51,720 nucleotides of DNA from Octopus bimaculoides (Eukaryota): NCBI RefSeq assembly GCF_001194135.2, contig NC_068999.1:37247536-37299255 (forward strand). Direction: 5' to 3'. Each line of letters opens with the position of its first letter. The first letter of the stretch is position 1. Shown in pieces: positions 45,360-51,720 of this stretch. The translations under genes and the position numbers were made by a program. The notes beneath the pieces are model-generated. The model saw only the letters and a list, made by a program, of their open reading frames with translations. It was not told the origin of the DNA and made no database searches.

Positions 45360-45560
45360 TATCATCATCATCATTTAGCATCCATTTCCCATGCTGGCAT
45401 GGGTTAGACAGTTTGGCTGGACAAATTGCCAAAAGTCTTGGTCACTTGTCATTACCCCTGTGAGACTCAACATCTGAAGATTATATTTCACCACCTCATC
45501 CCAGATCTTCCTGGATCTACCTCTTACACAGGTTCCCTCCATGTTTAGAGATTATCATTT
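45360..45560 (-). mobile_element. RTE-type LINE 3' end with short 3' UTR
   Basis: Minus-strand GTCKRGRSRKIWDEVVKYNL..., followed by ccatgccagcatgg and a (GAT)n tail. Confidence 0.75.
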
Positions 45561-45603
45561 CTTTATACACACATATATATATATATATATACACACACAT
45601 ACA

Positions 45604-45715
45604 TTAGATTGGAGCCTGGTGTTGCCATCCGGTTTCGCCAGTCCTCAGTCAAATCGTCCAACCCATGCTAGCATGGAAAGCAGACGTTAAACGATGATGA
45701 TGATGATGATGATGA
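45604..45715 (+). mobile_element. RTE-type 3' terminus, same subfamily as 25818 and 29161 copies
   Basis: ggagcctggtgttgccatccggtttcgccagtcctcagtcaaatcgtccaacccatgctagcatgg...gatgatgat. Confidence 0.82.
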
Positions 45716-45726
45716 TACATATATAT

Positions 45727-45907
45727 AGAACATGTGTAGGCTTGAAAGAAATGAAGCTAGTATGCTTCACTGAATGTGCAATGTCAGTGTGCATGTATGA
45801 AAGAGTGTAAGCAACTTGAGAGAAAAGTTTGGCATAAGAGGCATCAGATGTGGTGTGCAAAAGAGATGTATAAAGAAGTGCCAATCTTTAATTGTGGAGG
45901 GAACCGC
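45727..45907 (+). mobile_element. RTE-type RT C-terminal fragment with internal deletion
   Basis: RLERNEASMLH*MCNVSV..REKFGIRGIRCGVQ, then CQSLIVEGT. Confidence 0.75.
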
Positions 45908-46770
45908 CACAAGATTGAGGAGAGTGAGATGAAGACAAGCTTGAGGTGAGAATATCTCAGAAGAACCAAATTGATTGTGGACAGGTGACTGAGTGTAAGA
46001 ACAAGATCTGAGTAATGAATACAGGGAGTTTCCTTAATGCTATATGGCACAGGTGTTGTTAGGTGGTCAAAGAGTGATCTTGAGCAAATGGATAGAAAAA
46101 CCAGGAAAGTGATGACAATGAATGAGGAACTGCATCCTAAAAGTGATGTCACTAGACTGTATATGCCAAGAAACAAGGAAAGAAAATGCCTCATAGGATG
46201 CAAAATTTGTGTTGTCAATGAGGAAATTGTCTGGGAAGGTACATCAAACGCAGATTGAACCTTTGCTTGTTGCTGTTAGAAATAGCACCATGATACCTAC
46301 TGAGTATGTGATACCCAAAAGCATTTAAGAAACAAGATGGAGAACAATGATTAAACAACTGGAAAATGAAAACAATGCATGGGCAATACCTGAGAGAAAT
46401 CAAAGGAAAGGACAAGATGAACACTTGGAGGGGGCCAAGGAAAAGTGATCTGCAGTGAGACATTAATATGCAACACCGAGGAACAAGCTCTGAGAACTAA
46501 TTACACCAAGTTCCAAATAAATAAGAGTAATGAATCACTGCTTTGTAGGATATGTGGTAGAAAAACCAAAATAATCTCACATATTGTGTGCAAGTGTAGC
46601 AAACTGGCCCAAAAAGAATACAAGAGGGGGGCATGTTACTGTAGCTAAGTTTGGTCACTAGAGACTGTGTGAAACGTACGGTCTTGAAAGAACACAAAAA
46701 TGGTACAAATATAAATTAGAAGGCATCAATGAGGATAATGAATATAAAATCTTATGGGATTTTGCAATCC
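45908..46770 (+). mobile_element. Decayed R4/Dong-type (RLE) LINE C-terminal region with CCHC knuckle
   Basis: EYLRRTKLI..MDRKTRKVMTMNEELHPKSDVTRLYMPR, MHGQYLRE, QALRTNY, CRICGRKTKIISHIVCKC (C-x2-C-x8-H-x4-C from 46544), KILWDF. Confidence 0.85.
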
Positions 46771-46876
46771 ACTCATTGATGCTTGGAGACCAGTGTTGTT
46801 GTGGATGAAAGGAAGAAGTGTTGTGAGGTTGTGAGGTTTACTTTCTTTGCAACAACAGTTGCCACTCTGCTTTCAA

Positions 46877-46948
46877 GGTATGAAATAAAGGAGTACCAAG
46901 TTAAAGCCCCTGGGTATGAAATAAAGGAGTACCAAGTTAAAGTCCCTG
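46877..46948 (+). repeat. 36-bp tandem duplication
   Basis: ggtatgaaataaaggagtaccaagttaaag[c/t]ccctg x2, one mismatch. Confidence 0.95.
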
Positions 46949-47099
46949 TTCTTTTCTCTCTTATTATTGATTGTACTCTTATATTCTTATATTAAATTAT
47001 ACACAACTCAGATTGTGTGAGACTCTGTTGAATATGCAATGGTGGGAGTTTAATGCAATTAACAATATGAGCCAAAATGTTAATAGAATGACTGTTTTG

Positions 47100-47207
47100 T
47101 TGTGTGTGTATATATATATATATATATATACACATACGTGTGTGTGTGTGTGTGTGTGTGTACATGTATATAACACTCACAACTACACACATGCATACAT
47201 GCACACA

Positions 47208-47255
<48 letters not shown>
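47100..47255. repeat. Compound (TA)n/(GT)n/(CA)n microsatellite
   Basis: Direct inspection. Confidence 0.95.
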
Positions 47256-48437
47256 AGGTGCAGTGGTAGAATGGTAACTGTAAAGTATTGGTTAGAATGT
47301 CTCATGGTATCTTTTTTTTCTGACTTACCATGCACCAGGTTCAAATCCTGCAGATGTCAAATTTACCTTTTGGTGTCAACAGAAAGGTACCAATCAATTG
47401 ACAGAACTTTGCTACAAGATCAGCAACAACTTGTTAAAATGTGTAGTAAAATCAGAACTAGTATTTTGTTGTTTAACATTTAAGAAAAAAAAAAAAAAAA
47501 TACTCTAATAAATTGACTGATGTAGAAATCTGGCATTTCCCAAATCCCTTGTATTTAAAACTGAAGTTTCATCAACCGTACCAATCAGCTGAGAATAAGT
47601 TCAAATAAACATTTTTTCTTTTTAACTATAATATGTCCTTCAAATATTTTGACTTGTACGTTTCTATGGCATTTCTCAACTGTATTTGAAAACTCTACCA
47701 TCAAGTGGAAAATTCCTGAAATTTATTAGCCATTTATATTAACAGAGACAAAAACTGTCAGTTTTGTACTGTAGACAAACATAACAGATGAATATACACA
47801 TATTGGGTAAATAAAAATAATTAAAAAAAGCAAAAACTATGTTAATTATTTAAATATCAGAACAAATTTCTTCAATAGGTGCTCACCTTTTGGCAAATTA
47901 CTGCTCACCCAGAGAAAAATACTATCTACAGCAAGCTAGCACTTAACCAGGCATTCACTCGATACTCTCCGTACACACAAATTATATAAACTCTTACATT
48001 ACACATACCTATTATATAAAACAACCACTGCATATAAGGCATAGTTGACATCATGAGATTTTTGCAGATAGATCAGCACAAATTTCCAATAGGATACACA
48101 CATTTCTCACAAGCCCAGAGTGTGAGACGTGTTTCTAAAACAGATAAACATGGCTTTAACAATGCAGAGTACATTTTAGTCACCTCATACACTGTTAATG
48201 TAAGAGGCACAATTCGAGTAACATACTTGCCACCACCATCACAAAAGACATAAATTCTCGCAGGAGTAACTATTTTAAATTTGCTTGAAGATTGTAAGGA
48301 GCATGCTAGTTTATCTTCCCTGAGGGTTCAAGCCACAGACAAGCTTGAAACTTAGGTAGCATTTGTATTTCTTAAGCACTGCATAAAGATTGTATGTTAC
48401 TCTGGTTTTGGTATTGAGTTCTCACTCATTGATGAAT

Positions 48438-48585
48438 GTGTGGTAAGTAGCTTGCTTACCAACCACATGGTTCCGGGTTCAATCCCATTGCGTGGCACTT
48501 TGGGCAAGTGTCTTCTACTATAGCCTCGGGCCGACCAAAGCCTTGTGAGTGAATTTGGTAGACGGAAACTGAAAGAAGCCCATCG

Positions 48586-48616
<31 letters not shown>

Positions 48617-48824
48617 TTGCGTGTCTGTGTTTGTCCCCCCACCATTGCTTGACAACCGATGGTGGTGTGATTACTTCCCCTGTAACTTAGCGGTTCGGCA
48701 AAAGAGACCGATAGAATAAGTACTAGGCTTCCAAAGAATAAGTCCTGGGGTCGATTTGCTCGACTAAAGGCGGTGCTCCAGCATGGCCGCAGTCAAATGA
48801 CAAACAAATAAAAGAGTAAAAGAG
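48438..48824 (+). mobile_element. tRNA-derived CORE-type SINE (OR-like), slightly 5'-truncated
   Basis: Collinear with 21517-21903: gtgtggtaag A box remnant, ggttcaatccc B box, ttgggcaagtgtcttctactatagcc CORE-like block, internal (TA)n, aataaaagag tail. Confidence 0.88.
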
Positions 48825-50876
48825 ATACATTTTTATCTTTCTCTTCCACCTCCTTTCTTGTCTCCCCACCACCACCACATATGAAATGACTAAACAATAT
48901 ATATATATATATATATATACATATATGTATTAACTGTTGAATGTGTGTGTGTCTGTCTGTATTTGTCATGTAACCTTATACTTAGTTTGCAACAATTTCC
49001 CCAATTTTTGTTGCTTCATTTTTCTCTTCATCTTCAATTCTTACCAATTTTCAGTTGCTCTTTTATTGCTTTCTTGTTGAAACTTTGTGCATCTTTAGCA
49101 TCAATAAAACAACAAGCAAAGAAAAATAATACAATGGCAACATAGAATATTTAAAAACAACAACTGCAAGAAATATAATGTTCTGTACAAAAATTATTAT
49201 AAAACAATATGTATGTATGTGTATGAAATATCTATTTAGTAAATATTTAATTCTTAAATGTCATTACACACCATAACCAACTACCTTTCTGTTCATTATG
49301 ATATATGGGACAGTGTATCCTTGCTTGAAAACTGTGCTCCGTAGATTTTATTGAATAAGGAACAATATAATAATTTTTAAAAATGTTTTGTAAATGTTTG
49401 TGTGTGTGTATGTGCATGTACGAGTGTGTTTGTGCGTGTGCACATGCACGTGTGTATGTGTGTGTGTGTGCATGTGTGTGCGAGAGATATCCAGGAAAGA
49501 AATAGCTATGAATATGTTGAGAAAGAACAAAAATAAATCAAATGGAAATACTGAATTCAAGCATATTTTCCCAATTTTCAGTATTTAAACATTTTTTTTA
49601 TCTGTTGTCGACATGATAGACATCACCATTATTATTACTGCTACAAGCACTATAGACATCACCCCATCCTCACCATCATCACCAACACAACCACTGTATT
49701 CCCCATCGTCATTGTCAGTATCCTCCCACCACCACCACCACCAACCACAACCATCACCATCATCTTTATCGCATCATTTATTAATGTTAAAACAAATGAG
49801 CTGCAAAAATGGGCTGACAGAAACATGTATCATTATTTAGTGATTTTTCCTTTTGTATTCTGTGGTTACAAGTTCAATTTCCACCTGGAAGTCAACCATA
49901 ACTCTCCTACCAGCTGAGGGTTAATAGAATAAGATATCATACATGTATAAGCAAACTGATTTTTATCAAATATACCTGTCTCTCAATCATGACCACAGCA
50001 GTGATAACGACAACCTCCACCACCATTACCACCACCACTACCACTACCACCACTAACAACAGAATCTGCAATAAGAAAAACAATAGCAAATTTATTGTAA
50101 GAAAATTGGTATTTAGAGTTTAGAGTGTGTTGAATATAGGAATTATAATGTGAAATAACGTTTCTTTCAGATAGAAAATGCTTTCTTGAGGATATTAACA
50201 ATTCCAAGCATTATAAATGTCTGTATAATGTATTGATGCTTTCTTTCATTTGAGAGTCTTCAATACAGAATGAAAGAGGGAGAGGGAGAGAGAGAAAGGG
50301 AGAGAGGGAGAGAGGGAGAGAGAGAGAGAGAAAGAGAGGGAGAGACTGAGCTACAACAACCACTTCTAGCATGCTTAATTCTTTTCCTCTGCATTTATTT
50401 TTGGTGAAATCATCTTGAAATTCTAAAGTAGTTATCATCAATGTTTTGTAATCTTCATAAACAAAATTGTTTGTATTCTTCAGGTACAGCAATGTTGCCT
50501 ATAAAACATTCATTGTTTTATTTTTTTTTGTTTTATTTTTTGTTTTTGTTTTTTTTATCAACAAGCATTCTGCTGGGTCTTCAATGATCTGTTGCTAAAT
50601 CTGCTTTTGTGTTTAAGTTCCCCCAAATATTTTCCTGCTTGTTTCTAAGATTCTTTTCACTAACTCATTGGTACCATTTAGTACCATTTGTACCATACTT
50701 CTAGCACAGATCTAAACTTAAATTGTAATATAGATTTCTAATAACATTTATAATACTTCCAAGCTACCATTTGGCAGTAATATATTGGTTTTCCCGCTTA
50801 AAATGTTTTAGAGTTGTTAAGTGGGTGCTAAATGCTGATGATGTTGATGATGATAATGATGATGGTATACATATAC

Positions 50877-51185
50877 ATCATCATCATCATCATCGTTTAA
50901 CGTCCATTTTCCATGCTGACATGAGTTGGACAGTTTGACTGAGATCTGGAGAGCCAGCGGCTGCACCAGGCTCCTATCTGATCTGGCAATGTTTCTACAA
51001 CTGGATGCCCTTCCCAACGCCATCCACTCCAAGAATGTAGTGGGTGTTTTTTACGTGACAGGAGCCTGTCATGTGGGCCCAGCATCGATTATGTTCAGAT
51101 AGTGCTTTTTATGTGCCACTGGCATGGGGGTCAGTCAGGGGCTACTGGCATCGGCCATGTTCAGATGGTGCTTTTTACGTGCCAT
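50877..51185 (-). mobile_element. RTE-type 3' UTR copy with (GAT)n tail
   Basis: catcatcgtttaacgtccattttccatgctgacatgag...ctggatgcccttcccaacgcc. Confidence 0.78.
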
Positions 51186-51194
51186 ATATATATA

Positions 51195-51720
51195 TTGGGT
51201 TGTCCAGAAAGTTTGTGCCAATTTTTAAAGGAAAGAGAAACGTCAATAAATACTTGCCATTACATTTTTGATGAAAGAATTCATCAAGGTATCTTTTTAC
51301 ATCATCCAAGGAATTGAAATTTTTACCATTAAGACTATTCTGCAGAGACCCGAATAAGTGAAAATCCAAAGGAGCAATATCTGGTGAATATGGAGGGTGG
51401 GGTAACACATCCCAGCTGAGCTGCAGCAATTTTTGTCTGGTTCCCAAAGAAACGTGTGGTCTTGCATTATCATGTTGGAAAACAACACCCTTCCTGTTGG
51501 CCAATTCTGGACGTTTCTCTTGAATTGCTGCTTTTAACTCATTGAGTTGTGTCTAGTATTTCTCAGAATTAATTCTCTGGTTACTTGGGAGAAGCTCATA
51601 GTACAGAATTACTTTCCAATCCCACCAGACACAAAGCAAGACTATTTTAGGGTGAAGACCCACTTTTGGGGTGGCTAAGGGTGGCTCATGTTGCTTACTC
51701 CAGGATCGCTTTCTCTGAAC
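51195..51720 (-). mobile_element. mariner (DD34D, mellifera-like) transposon, 3' half; runs off window edge
   Basis: TA + TIR ttgggttgtccagaaag at 51193-51195. Minus-strand KIVLLCVWWDWK..YYELL..INSEKY*..KRPELANRKGVVFQHDNARPH..HPPYSPDIAPLDFHLF; one in-frame stop and a C-terminal deletion. Confidence 0.93.

Overview
Eukaryotic, repeat-dominated scaffold segment with eight N gaps. The SINE/LINE families, microsatellite density and AT-rich background point to a coleoid cephalopod, probably Octopus (inference). It has two domains. (1) 1-20767 is a ~20.8 kb CpG-dense satellite domain built from TTCG and TACG tetramers. It shows nested higher-order repeats, short polarity-inverted (CGAA)n tracts, and five embedded copies of a complex ~219-bp GC-rich unit; the two unit clusters lie 12.7 kb apart and each is preceded by an inverted tract. 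All long ORFs here (RSFV/RTYV/RTNE) are artefacts of the 4-bp period. (2) 20768-51720 is AT-rich sequence littered with decayed transposable elements: two L1/Tx1 3' ends, two Naiad-type Penelope-like fragments, two R4/Dong-type fragments, about ten RTE-type fragments, tRNA-derived SINEs, two maT/DD37D-like fragments, a mariner running off the right edge, and many microsatellites. No intact host gene is recognisable; one 124-nt minus-strand candidate coding exon has strong splice sites. The most notable unexplained structures are the satellite architecture, a 94-bp near-perfect hairpin (25294-25387), arrays of 20-nt hairpins in RTE 3' UTRs, and a 95-bp high-identity inverted duplication of a decayed Penelope-like 3' end. 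Nothing here is demonstrably a new biological system; these are testable leads.
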